Below are positions 1 through 9,300 of a stretch of DNA of 24,000 bases, one piece after another. The notes beneath the pieces were generated by a model. The model made no database searches. It saw only the letters and a list, made by a program, of their open reading frames with translations, and was not told where the DNA came from. This DNA is from Acinetobacter sp. c1-l78 (GTDB taxonomy: Bacteria; Pseudomonadota; Gammaproteobacteria; Pseudomonadales; Moraxellaceae): NCBI RefSeq assembly GCF_041928215.1, contig NZ_JBHFHK010000014.1:1-24000 (forward strand), given 5' to 3'. The position numbers and the translations under genes were made by a program. Each line of letters opens with the position of its first letter. The first letter of the stretch is position 1.

Positions 1-93
1 GTGATGCTCTGCATAGTAGGTGAGTGTGTAGTTGGTTTGGCTCACCATTAGGTATTGGCAGTAGTCTAAGCGTGTGAGTGGTTTTTTTGTCAT
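1..93 (-). CDS. 5' end of a transposase-like gene running off the left window edge (partial, 31 codons visible)
   Basis: A minus-strand ATG at 93-91 opens a frame that stays open to position 1: MTKKPLTRLDYCQYLMVSQTNYTLTYYAEHH. The YCQYL..SQ.NYT.T pattern matches my recollection of N-termini of IS701/IS4-like DDE transposases. This is unverified. The ORF is absent from the ORF track because the window truncates it. Confidence 0.3.
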   Translation of the reverse strand, partial: MTKKPLTRLDYCQYLMVSQTNYTLTYYAEHH

Positions 94-153
94 GCCTTAT
101 GCTACTATAGTTTATTCCCCTTATGCAAAAAAAATTACGGTTTTGCGTAAGTC

Positions 154-549
154 CTAAATTAGTCTACGCGAAGAGTTTAGTGAGGATGGGTCTAAGATTG
201 TTTTTTCGCCCGAGGATTTAATTTCTAGCTCTATTGACGTTGCATCCTTTTGGATTTTCAAATCGAACATGTCTCTATTTCTAAAGTCATCGCTTCTTAT
301 TTTATCATATTCAATAAGAAATGGTGAAACTCCGGCAATCTCTTGCAGCAAGTATTTCTTGACGATATTTTTTGCCAGATCTCCAAGGAAAATATTCTCA
401 AACCGCTTATGAGGGAATCGCCCTTGCCAAGTATCTGCCGTGTGGTTCGCCTTCTTTAAAGCAGTGCTTTTTGCCCAATTTATTTCTGCAGGCACATCGG
501 CGACAGTGTATTTCTCTACTAGCTTTCCGTTGTTTAACTTGATTCTCAT
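154..549 (-). CDS. Hypothetical small protein (131 aa) with a PD-(D/E)xK-like nuclease motif, possibly 3'-truncated
   Basis: This is track ORF 154..618, whose listed start at 618 is a TTG. The internal ATG at 549 is preceded by AAGGGA with a 5-nt spacer, so I use it as the start. The motif DMFDLKIQKDATSIELEIKSS fits D-x(12)-E-x-K. GC is about 40%, unlike the adjacent res gene. The product call is weak. Confidence 0.4.
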   Translation of the reverse strand: MRIKLNNGKLVEKYTVADVPAEINWAKSTALKKANHTADTWQGRFPHKRFENIFLGDLAKNIVKKYLLQEIAGVSPFLIEYDKIRSDDFRNRDMFDLKIQKDATSIELEIKSSGEKTILDPSSLNSSRRLI

Positions 550-655
550 GATTTCCCTTTGTGAAACACAATCATTTTCCGCCGAAGAAATGCCTCCTGC
601 AACTGCGGAGGCAATCAAGGCTTAGATTTTTCTGAATTTCCTAAGATGCCGGTAT

Positions 656-3600
656 CTATTGTTTGACCAACTCCATAAGTCGGCCAAAGCTATCCACTAC
701 GTCATACTTCACATTTTCAGGTGAGTGGCGACGGTTCATCTCATCGAAAAACTTGCGAGCGCATTTGATCTTGGTTTTCTCGATCTCACGCAGATCCATC
801 GAGGACATCGATCCTTTGGTTTCTGCGACGAAGTAGATGTGCTTCACCGCGCCTTCCTTAAACGAGATGGCCCAGTCTGGGTTGTAGTCGCCGACCGGTG
901 TCGGGATCAAGAAACCGCGCGGCAACTTGGCATACACGACGACCTCAGTGCTGGCCTCCAAAGCCTCCGCAAAATCGCGCTCTGGCTTCGATCCGGAATC
1001 CGGCAGCACGAAGTCGTAGATGTGGTGTCTGGGCGTCTTGACTGCGTTGCTGAAGTCCTGCTTGGTTTGTCCGGCAGTGAAGATGTCTAGATCGAACTTG
1101 TCCTCAACCGGATCGTAGGCCAGATGCTCGATGATGACGGTGGCTTTCTGCTCGTTGATTAGGCGTATCGCCTCGGCAATGAAGCTCTCTGGATTAGTCT
1201 TGAACTGCGTGAATACAGCGGTGCTGAGCCCCTTGAGGATTTCGGTCACCGTACGCCGTGTCAGCAGGGTGCCTTCTGCAAGTTTTCCGATCAGGTCATA
1301 CTTGACCCCTGAATGGATTGAAACGCGGTTAGTTTCCGTCTCAGAGTCCTTCAATTCAAAAGCTTTGCCGCCCTTGATCCCATCGTAGGTCACAGCGGCT
1401 GCCTGTTCACCGTGCTGGATGGTGTACTGCAACGGGGTCACACGAAGCCCTGCATCTTTGTCGTTGAGTGTCTTGACCGCTTTCTGCACCAGCTCGTCGG
1501 AGTTGAAGTCGACGCTGTACGCCGCTTTACGGTTGATCCGATTCCAAAGCTCCTTGAACTCCTGCTTCTCAAAGTTGGCGTTTAGCGGGTTCTTCTTGGG
1601 CTTGCGGTCGTCACCAATTTCGGGCAACAGGCTCTCGCTGAAAACACTGTCAATCAGTTTGAACACCTGCTCGGCATGTGGTGCCAACTCGGGGGGCAGC
1701 GCAGCCAGCGCGCCGTCTTTCTTGGCCTCGTGGTACGCGGTGGTGATGCGATCTGCGTCGTCGGTGTAGTCGTGCTTGAGCAGGTACTTGTAGATCTGCT
1801 TAGCGAGTTGCGGTGTGACCTCGACATCACCAGTCGCTGTCTTCAGAACTTTGCCGGTGAAGTAGGCCTCATTCGCCAAGCGCGGACGCGCCGACAGCGA
1901 CTCGCTGATGTCCTTCTGCAGCGCCGCTACGAAGTCCTTGTAGCTCTCGCTGGCCACCACAGTCAGCACGTTCACTTCGTGTACCGTGGCCGGGTGATCC
2001 ATCCTGTCACCGCTTTGGTTGACGGACAGTCGCAAGCCACGTCCCACTTCCTGGCGGCGGGAAATTGTGTTGTCACTGTGCTTGAGCGCGCAGATCACAA
2101 ACACGTTCGGGTTGTCCCAGCCTTCACGCAGGGCAGAGTGCGAGAAGATGAAGCGCACGGGCTCTACGAACGACAGCAACCGCTCCTTGTCCTTGAGGAT
2201 CAGGTCGTAGGCGTCTACGTCGTCAGAAAGTCCCGCGTTCTCGCCACGCGCTGCGACCTTTCGGTCGGCCAGCCGTTTGCTCTTCTTGTCGATGGAGAAA
2301 TAGCCGCTGTGCGTTTTGTCGGCAGAAATCCCTTTGAGGTATTTGACGTACGGCGTCTCATCCAGCTCCAGCACCTCGTTGAGGTAGAGCTGGTACTCCT
2401 CCTCGAAGATGCGGGCGTACTCACCTTTTTCGTCGGGCTGCGAGTAGTCTCGGTACTTGACCACTTCGTCGATGAAGTAAAGCGTGAGCACCTTCACGCC
2501 TTGCTGGAACAGCGCCTGTTCCTTGTCGAAGTGCGCCTTTATGGCCTCTCGGATCTGTATGCGGCGCAGCGCGGCCTCGGTCACATCACCAGTCGCATCC
2601 CCGACGGTGAGCTCAACGCCATTGGTGAAGCTCAGGGTGTCGGAGTTGGCGTTGATATCGGCTACGACAAATCCATCTCGGTACTGATCGAGCCCGTTCG
2701 ACAGATCGAACAAGTTGTCGCCTTTGGAGAGCTTCCTCACTACCCGCTTGATGTTGCCACCCGCCAGTTTTTGCTCGAACTCCACACGCGCCTCTGGCGG
2801 CTTCTTGCTCGAAATCTCGATGGACTGCAGGTACAGATAACCCGCCGTGCCCGCTAGCCCCTTCACCGCGATGCCGCGCACGGCAATTTTTTTCACCAGC
2901 TTCTGGTTGTAGGCGTCCAGCGCATCGAGACGGTGGATCTTGTTGTGCGTAGTCTTGTGGGTGGCCGAGTAGCGCAACACCATCAACGCCTTGAACTCCT
3001 CCAGCGACTTCAGCGTCTCCTCGCCTTCCATCTTCTGAGGCTCATCCAGGATCAGGATCGGGCGGTTGGCGCTGATCACGTCGATGGGCTTGCGCGACTG
3101 GAAGTCGTCCAATTCTTCGTAGATCCGGCGAGCATCTTTACCAGTAGCATTAAAGACCTGGACGTTGATCACCATCACGTTGATGCCCGCATCCGAAGAG
3201 AAACTCTCCAGGTGGTGCAGCTGCTTTGAGTTGTAGATGAAGAAGCGTGCCTTCTTGTGATAAGTCTCCAAGAAGTGCTCGGCGGTGATCTGCAGCGACT
3301 TGGCCACGCCTTCACGGATGGCGATGCTGGGTACCACGATGATGAACTTGCTCCAGCCGTACTGCTTGTTCAGCTCGAAAATGGTCTTAATATAGCAGTA
3401 GGTCTTGCCCGTGCCCGTTTCCATCTCGATGTCGAGATTGACCTTGGCCACCTTGGTCTTGACCAGTGCGTCCGACACGGGCAGATTCTGGCCGTGCTGC
3501 ACGGCTCGGATGTTGTCGAGCAGCGCTGTTTCCGACAACGTGAAGTCGGCGTTGCGGAATGCGGCTTCCCTTTCCGCTGCAGCTTCAGGCGAAGCGGCCT

Positions 3601-3763
3601 CCAGCGCGAGCGCCGCTTGCGGGCTCGCTGGGGCTGCTTTCTGGCTGCCTGGATCGAGCCGATAGCGAACGCCGCCATGATGCGGAACCTGTCCCTTGAA
3701 ACAGTCCACTACTGCCTGCACGGCCGCCGTCTGGTAGGCCTGCGTCTTGAATTTCAACTTCAT
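656..3763 (-). CDS. res: Type III restriction enzyme Res subunit (SF2 helicase/translocase with C-terminal PD-(D/E)xK endonuclease)
   Basis: 1035 aa. Walker [10 protein letters not shown] lies at GTGKT = 3401-3415. Motif II LILDEPQ lies at DEPQ = 3035-3046. Motif VI is [10 protein letters not shown]. The C-terminal nuclease motif is NPDW...FVAETKG (PD at 875-880, ETK at 815-823). The ATG at 3763 is preceded by GAGGAGG, and the gene starts 10 nt after the mod stop. Confidence 0.9.
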   Translation of the reverse strand: MKLKFKTQAYQTAAVQAVVDCFKGQVPHHGGVRYRLDPGSQKAAPASPQAALALEAASPEAAAEREAAFRNADFTLSETALLDNIRAVQHGQNLPVSDALVKTKVAKVNLDIEMETGTGKTYCYIKTIFELNKQYGWSKFIIVVPSIAIREGVAKSLQITAEHFLETYHKKARFFIYNSKQLHHLESFSSDAGINVMVINVQVFNATGKDARRIYEELDDFQSRKPIDVISANRPILILDEPQKMEGEETLKSLEEFKALMVLRYSATHKTTHNKIHRLDALDAYNQKLVKKIAVRGIAVKGLAGTAGYLYLQSIEISSKKPPEARVEFEQKLAGGNIKRVVRKLSKGDNLFDLSNGLDQYRDGFVVADINANSDTLSFTNGVELTVGDATGDVTEAALRRIQIREAIKAHFDKEQALFQQGVKVLTLYFIDEVVKYRDYSQPDEKGEYARIFEEEYQLYLNEVLELDETPYVKYLKGISADKTHSGYFSIDKKSKRLADRKVAARGENAGLSDDVDAYDLILKDKERLLSFVEPVRFIFSHSALREGWDNPNVFVICALKHSDNTISRRQEVGRGLRLSVNQSGDRMDHPATVHEVNVLTVVASESYKDFVAALQKDISESLSARPRLANEAYFTGKVLKTATGDVEVTPQLAKQIYKYLLKHDYTDDADRITTAYHEAKKDGALAALPPELAPHAEQVFKLIDSVFSESLLPEIGDDRKPKKNPLNANFEKQEFKELWNRINRKAAYSVDFNSDELVQKAVKTLNDKDAGLRVTPLQYTIQHGEQAAAVTYDGIKGGKAFELKDSETETNRVSIHSGVKYDLIGKLAEGTLLTRRTVTEILKGLSTAVFTQFKTNPESFIAEAIRLINEQKATVIIEHLAYDPVEDKFDLDIFTAGQTKQDFSNAVKTPRHHIYDFVLPDSGSKPERDFAEALEASTEVVVYAKLPRGFLIPTPVGDYNPDWAISFKEGAVKHIYFVAETKGSMSSMDLREIEKTKIKCARKFFDEMNRRHSPENVKYDVVDSFGRLMELVKQ

Positions 3764-3773
3764 CGCCGCCTCC

Positions 3774-5654
3774 TCAAATGCATTTCACTTCGGTTGCAGG
3801 CGACAAGAGCTTGAAAATCTGCTCCACATTGATTTTGACCGCACTGTCCTTGAAACCTGCATCGCGGAACACCACGCGCAGTGGCTGTCGCTTGGCAAGC
3901 TCTTTGACAAAGGCCTCATCAATACCGCCATGCGCATCAAAACAGGCGGCTAATGCATTTTCATCAACAAAGAACACTTCCTTGTCCTGCATGGTTTCTT
4001 TGGTAATTGGCAGCGCCAAGTCAACGCCCCAATCGAGCATCACCTGGAACAGCAGGTCTTCCGCCGTGCGGTCAGGCTTGATGTTGTCAACCAATAAGTC
4101 AAGTTGATCTTTTTCGATTTCGTCTGGGCGATAGTAAACATCCGCCAAATTCGACGAATCGATTTTTAGAACCCGAAAGCCAAAATCGAATACTCCAGCT
4201 GCCGCTTGGTGTACGGTTTTTCCAGCTCGTCTAATTCTCTCCTTTGAGATTTCTGCTATGGTCAAAGGAAGATTATTTTTCGATAGGAAGTCGACCGCTG
4301 GCTTATGCTCCTTCTTGGCTCCGTCAAGCGGCTCTGGTATCTGAATGCCAATCAATTTCAGATTCTTCCCATACTCGAAAGCTGCTTGGAATGTTGATCC
4401 GGAGCCGAGGAAAAAATCAAGGACAACATCTCCTTCTTTGCAATTCGCAATCGCCATCAAATTGCGAATAAGCTTTGGAGGCTTCGGGTTGCTGAATGTG
4501 TTTTTGGTTCCATCCATCAATTCGGTCAGCACCGAATTCCCCTCCTGGTTATGGCCAAATTGCTCATGGCTCCACCAGTTTGTTGCGCATTGACCCTCCT
4601 CTTCGCGCTCGAATTTAAAGTATTTTTTACGCGGAGATCCGTTCCCATTATTTGGGAAGATAATTCTATTGTCTTCAAGAAGCTTCTTGTAGGTGGCTTC
4701 TTCTCCCATCCACTCATCATCAAGACGGTTTCCGGTAGGGGTGACAATTGTGTATCTTGAGCCACTTTGATCGCTGCCCACTTTCCAAGGCTTAGATGCC
4801 CAATCACCTCGTGGGTCGTTGTCTGGGTTCGAAAAAGCTCCCGTTAGTTCGACTTTACCCACCCCGGCAGCTTTGTAGACCCATTTGTCTTTTGCGTAAG
4901 CAAGGATGTGCTCAGCGACCAGACCAATCATTTTGGTTGGGTCGTTCGGTTGATTGCTGCGGCGGCGCCAGTGGATGTGCCCTTCAAAGTTATCTCTTCC
5001 AAAAATCTCGTCGCAGATATTCCGCAGGTTTGCAACTTCCTCGTCGCCGATGGATATAAATATCAATCCATCATCTCTAAGAAGATTTCTGGCGAGCTTA
5101 AGTCGGGAGTACATCATGCTAAGCCAGTCCGAGTGATATCGCCCGCTGCTGTCTGAATTCAGTATAAGACGAGCGCCAGCTTCGTCTCTCTGGTTTGATC
5201 GCGCAAGATAAGCAGATGTATTTTCGGCGAAGTCATCTTCGTAAATAAAATCATCTCCTGTGTTATAGGGAGGATCAATATAGATCATTTTAATTTTGCC
5301 GAGATAAGACTCCTGAAGCAGCTTTAGTCCGTCCAAGTTGTCTCCCTCAATGAACAAATTGCGCGTTTCGCCGAAGTGCAAGCTCTCCTTGATATTTGGT
5401 CTTAGCGTCTTCGCGATGGGGGCGTTAGCAGCGAGTAGAGCCTCTCGTTTCCCTGGCCAGTTTAGGTGGTAGCGCTCTTGCGGACCTTCAGTAATCGACT
5501 CGGCCAACTCCTGTTTCAATTGGTCGAAATCGACGGCCAGCGTCACGCTTCCATCTTTACCCTTGGCTTCCGTCACGCAACCCGGAAACAGATCGCGAAT
5601 GCGTGCGATGTTTTCTTGCGTGAGGTTGGGTGAGTGCATTTTGAGTTTGGTCAT
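3774..5654 (-). CDS. mod: Type III Mod subunit, beta-class N6-adenine (or N4-cytosine) DNA methyltransferase
   Basis: 626 aa. Catalytic motif [12 protein letters not shown] has DPPY at 5265-5276. It precedes the AdoMet motif [10 protein letters not shown] at 4392-4415, which is the beta-class motif order. A long variable region lies between the two motifs and is the putative TRD. The gene sits immediately upstream of res on the same strand. Confidence 0.9.
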   Translation of the reverse strand: MTKLKMHSPNLTQENIARIRDLFPGCVTEAKGKDGSVTLAVDFDQLKQELAESITEGPQERYHLNWPGKREALLAANAPIAKTLRPNIKESLHFGETRNLFIEGDNLDGLKLLQESYLGKIKMIYIDPPYNTGDDFIYEDDFAENTSAYLARSNQRDEAGARLILNSDSSGRYHSDWLSMMYSRLKLARNLLRDDGLIFISIGDEEVANLRNICDEIFGRDNFEGHIHWRRRSNQPNDPTKMIGLVAEHILAYAKDKWVYKAAGVGKVELTGAFSNPDNDPRGDWASKPWKVGSDQSGSRYTIVTPTGNRLDDEWMGEEATYKKLLEDNRIIFPNNGNGSPRKKYFKFEREEEGQCATNWWSHEQFGHNQEGNSVLTELMDGTKNTFSNPKPPKLIRNLMAIANCKEGDVVLDFFLGSGSTFQAAFEYGKNLKLIGIQIPEPLDGAKKEHKPAVDFLSKNNLPLTIAEISKERIRRAGKTVHQAAAGVFDFGFRVLKIDSSNLADVYYRPDEIEKDQLDLLVDNIKPDRTAEDLLFQVMLDWGVDLALPITKETMQDKEVFFVDENALAACFDAHGGIDEAFVKELAKRQPLRVVFRDAGFKDSAVKINVEQIFKLLSPATEVKCI

Positions 5655-5694
5655 GTTGGTGCCTTTGGTTGCTTTGCTTCCACCATATCGGGGT

Positions 5695-6393
5695 TCAGCG
5701 GGTTAATTGTTCAAGCTCAGATTTCAATTGCCGCAGGGTTGCGTTGATTTGAACCTTGCGGTTGAATTGTTTTTCCTTAGCTAATTTTGCCTGTGTTTTT
5801 TCAATTTCACGCTGCTTGGCTTGTGCCCGTTCAATGCGCGCAATCCAGTCGGACAAGGCCTCCTGTGGACGTGCTGGCAACGGCATTAAGCCTTGCAGCA
5901 GGACGGCGTACAGGTGGGCCATGTCGAGGGCCACCGGCATAGCCGTACGGGCAGTTGCCGCAGGCATCCAGTCGCTGGTGAAGTAGCTGGATAGCACCCA
6001 GCGACTGGCATCGGCTTCGCTCGGGCGCTTGTAAGCCGCCACTACCTGCGTTTTCGCCTGATCGCCCTGGCCTTGGTGTAGTTCAAACATGATCGGGAAC
6101 TGCACCGCGCCATCAATGCAGCGGAGCACGTCTTCGTGCAGCTCGGTGGACTTGAGCTGGATGCTGAAAATCTGGATTTCCGGCACACCGGGCCGCGCAG
6201 GCAGGTTGATCGTCTCTGGGGCGAGCTTGTACTGCCAGACGATCTGCTCGACCTGCTCGACGAACAGTTCCTTCAGCCGGGTGTTGGCCCCGCTGTGCTC
6301 ATAGATTTTGTTCTTGGGCAGCACGCGCCCGAAAGCAGCTTGCTTGGGGTAGGCGATCAGCGCTGTTTTTTTTGTGGTCACTCCTTGACTCAT
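5695..6393 (-). CDS. DUF4391-like protein of unknown function (232 aa)
   Basis: The track ORF 5695..6606 is trimmed to the ATG at 6393. That ATG overlaps the helicase stop (ATGA, 6390-6393) and has GGAGG 4 nt upstream. The sequence MSQGVTTKKTALIAYPKQAAFGRVLPKNKIYEH...IVWQYKLAPETINLPA...EIQIFSIQLK...VLRCIDGAVQFPIMFEL matches my recollection of the DUF4391 family pattern. The C-terminal ~45 aa are K/E/Q-rich and look like a coiled coil. Confidence 0.7.
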   Translation of the reverse strand: MSQGVTTKKTALIAYPKQAAFGRVLPKNKIYEHSGANTRLKELFVEQVEQIVWQYKLAPETINLPARPGVPEIQIFSIQLKSTELHEDVLRCIDGAVQFPIMFELHQGQGDQAKTQVVAAYKRPSEADASRWVLSSYFTSDWMPAATARTAMPVALDMAHLYAVLLQGLMPLPARPQEALSDWIARIERAQAKQREIEKTQAKLAKEKQFNRKVQINATLRQLKSELEQLTR

Positions 6394-9300
6394 CCTGCCT
6401 CCTGAATCACGAGGAAGCTGATGAGTTCGAAGTCGTCCAGGCCGGAGATGGTGTCTGTCAGTGCTGTGGTCTTGCCACCGCTGAACAGGCTGTCCAAATC
6501 CTTTTCTTCCGTCACCTCGATCATCGAACGGATGGACTTGCCCAACAGGTCGGAGTACGGCTGCATCCGGCGGCCATCCGCCGTTTCCTGATTGAAGCGC
6601 TGGCACACGTCGACGATGGGTTTGTCCTGGCCCTTGCAGCAGGTACGCACTAGATCGAGTAGGCGCTTAACCTCGGTGTGATCATGAATGACCTCTCCCT
6701 CGCGGTTGATGTAGACGAGGTAGTACGGATGCAGGCGGTTGTGCTGGTTGAGGCTGATCCCAGCATTGCGATTGCGCAGCGTGAAGATCGTGCCCGGCCG
6801 CAAGCCCATCTCAGGTCTGGCGGGAACGACGGCGTGCATCCCGTTGGGCACATTGCTCAGTTCGCCCTGGGCTTTGACGTAGTTGAGCAAATCCATGCGG
6901 AAGTCGTTGAGGCCCAGGTCGGTGATGGAGACACCGGTCTTTAAATCCTCCAGCTCGATGACTTCCTCCTGCAGGCGACGTAGTTGTTCCTTGCGGTATG
7001 ACACGTCGTTGGCCTGCGCAGACAGCACGTTGTCGTCACCTGTGGCGGTCACGTCAGCGATCATCATTCGGCTCTCGACGCGCTCTTTGAGGTTGATGTA
7101 CTCGTCGAGCGAAATGTCGGGCCAGTAGTTGACCAGCTGGATGCTGCTATTGGGCGAGCCAATGCGATCTATGCGCCCAAAGCGCTGGATGATGCGTACT
7201 GGGTTCCAGTGGATGTCGTAGTTGATGAGGTAGTCGCAGTCTTGTAGGTTTTGGCCTTCGGAAATGCAATCGGTGCCGATCAGCAGGTCCACCTCGTGCG
7301 GCTCGTCTGGCAGTATCAACGCCTTCTCTTTAGAGCGAGGGGAGAACAGGGTGAGCAGTTCCTGGAAGTCATAGTTGCGCTTCTGAGTTTTGCTCTTGAT
7401 GGTGGACTGCGGTGCCCCCTTGCCGGTGACCTTGGCGGTGTGGATGGCGAGCGTAGCCAGCAGCTCCGGCGCAAGGTTGGCGTACAGGTAATCAGCGGTG
7501 TCAGCAAAGGCTGTGAAGATCAGCACCTTCCTGTTGCCGGGGTTGATTGGGTTTGCAATCTTGCCGAGCAGTTGTGCTTTGAGGTGCTGCAACTTGGCGT
7601 CGTCCTGCGGCGTGATCTTGTTCATCGAAGCCAGCAAGGCATCGATGACCTGTAAGTCCACCTTCAGTTCGTGCTCCCAGGACGGTAAGTCCATGTCGGC
7701 GAGGCTGATCTTGATCTTGCTGCCGATCTCGCCGATCTCGCCGATCTCGTCGCCAGGCATTGGCAGCTCATCGTCCTCTGCATCCAGCACTTCCAGCACT
7801 TCCGTGAGGTCCCCCACCGTGACCGCGCCGCCGGATTGATTGAACGCAGCGATCTTTGCGAGGGTGGCTTCGTTGTTGGCCCGCAGCGATTGCAGCGTTA
7901 GCCGGAACGACTGCACCGAACTTTCAAGCCGTTTGAGCAGGTTGACCGTCATCAGGGCCTGCAGGCTCTTTTCGCGGTCGGCTTGGCGCAGCGTGCCCTT
8001 GCCGCCTACCTTGGTGTCGTAGATCTCCTCGTACTTCTTCAGACGGCTGGGCAGGATGTAGCTGATGGGCGCATACACGGCCAGCTTGAGCAGTGAGAGT
8101 TGCTCGAAAATTTCATTGAAGCCCAACACATCCGACCGCTCGGTCAACGGGCAGTGAAACGACAGCGGTTTGCGGCGCTCCGGAAATTGACCGATGTCCT
8201 TGGTGTCGTAGAAGGTCTGGATGTGCTTACGCGAGCGTGCGATGGTGACGCTGTCCAGCAGTTCGAAGAAGTCGAAGTCCAGTGAATCGAGGATCGCACG
8301 CGCGGTACGTTCTTCCAAGGGGAGCTTCGACCACGCGTTGAACGCTGCTTGTGCGCCTCGGAAAATTTCCTCGACGCTTCTGTCCGTGCGCAGCTTTTTT
8401 GTGAGGTTTTCGGAGTTGCCTTCGTAGGCCAGGGCCAGTTGGTTGCGCAAGTCAGTAAAGCGGTTGTTGACTGGCGTGGCCGACAACATCAGCACCTTGG
8501 TCTTGACCCCTTCTTGGATCACCTTGCGCATCAGCTTCTGGTAGCGGGTTTCCTTATCCTTGTAGGCGTCGTTATTGCGGAAGTTGTGCGACTCATCGAT
8601 GACGACGAGGTCGTAGTTTCCCCAGTTGATTCGGTTCAGCGGCGTACCGAAGGACTCGCCGCTGGTGCGGGACAGATCCGTGTGGCAGAGGACGTCGTAG
8701 TTAAACCGGTCGCGGGCGAAGATGTTGGTCTTGAGGTTGCGGTTGTAGTTCAGCCAGTTATCCGCGAGCTTCTTGGGGCAGAGCACCAGCACTGACCGGT
8801 TGCGCAGTTCGTAATACTTGATGACGGCCAGTGCGGTGAAGGTCTTGCCCAAGCCGACGCTGTCCGCCAGGATGCAGCCGCTGTAGGTTTCCAACTTGTT
8901 GATGATCCCTGTAGCAGCATCCTTCTGGTAGTTGAACAGCTTGTTCCAGATTAGGGTGTCTTGGTAGCCCGTGCGGTCGTTGGGCAGGACGTCTTCGTCG
9001 ATGTCGTCGAGGAACTCGTTGAAGATGTTGTAAAGCATCAGGAAATAGATGCTCTCGGGTGAGTTCTCTTGGTAGACCGAGGCGATGTGCTCGCAAATCT
9101 GCACAGTCACGTCCTCCAGCTTTTCGGGGTCGTTCCAAATTTGATCAAATAGGCTCAGGTACGTGGCAGCAAAGAGTGCCTCGTCCATCTTGTTGACGAG
9201 GTTGGAAACCGCATTGCCTTGCTGGTACCCGAGATCGACAGCGGTGAACCCGTGCAGGGGCATGTAAGCCGTGTCGGTGCCGCCAGCCTGCACGCAGGCG

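Noticed and set aside
550-618. TTG-initiated 23-codon extension of the small ORF (track start 618).
   Set aside because: The start is a non-ATG codon with no RBS. The internal ATG at 549 has AAGGGA at proper spacing.
3559-3646. Ala/Pro-rich low-complexity insert near the Res N-terminus ([28 protein letters not shown]) as a special feature.
   Set aside because: It is most simply a GC-driven disordered linker, and I can attach no functional signal to it.
6394-6606. 71-codon N-terminal extension of the DUF4391-like ORF as given in the track (start at 6606).
   Set aside because: The extension overlaps the helicase C-terminus in another frame and reads as P/G/R-rich noise. The ATG at 6393 has a GGAGG RBS and an ATGA overlap with the helicase stop.
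7722-7748. CRISPR-like or other array interpretation of the 9-bp repeats.
   Set aside because: There are only three contiguous copies with no spacers. They lie inside a coding sequence and stay in frame.
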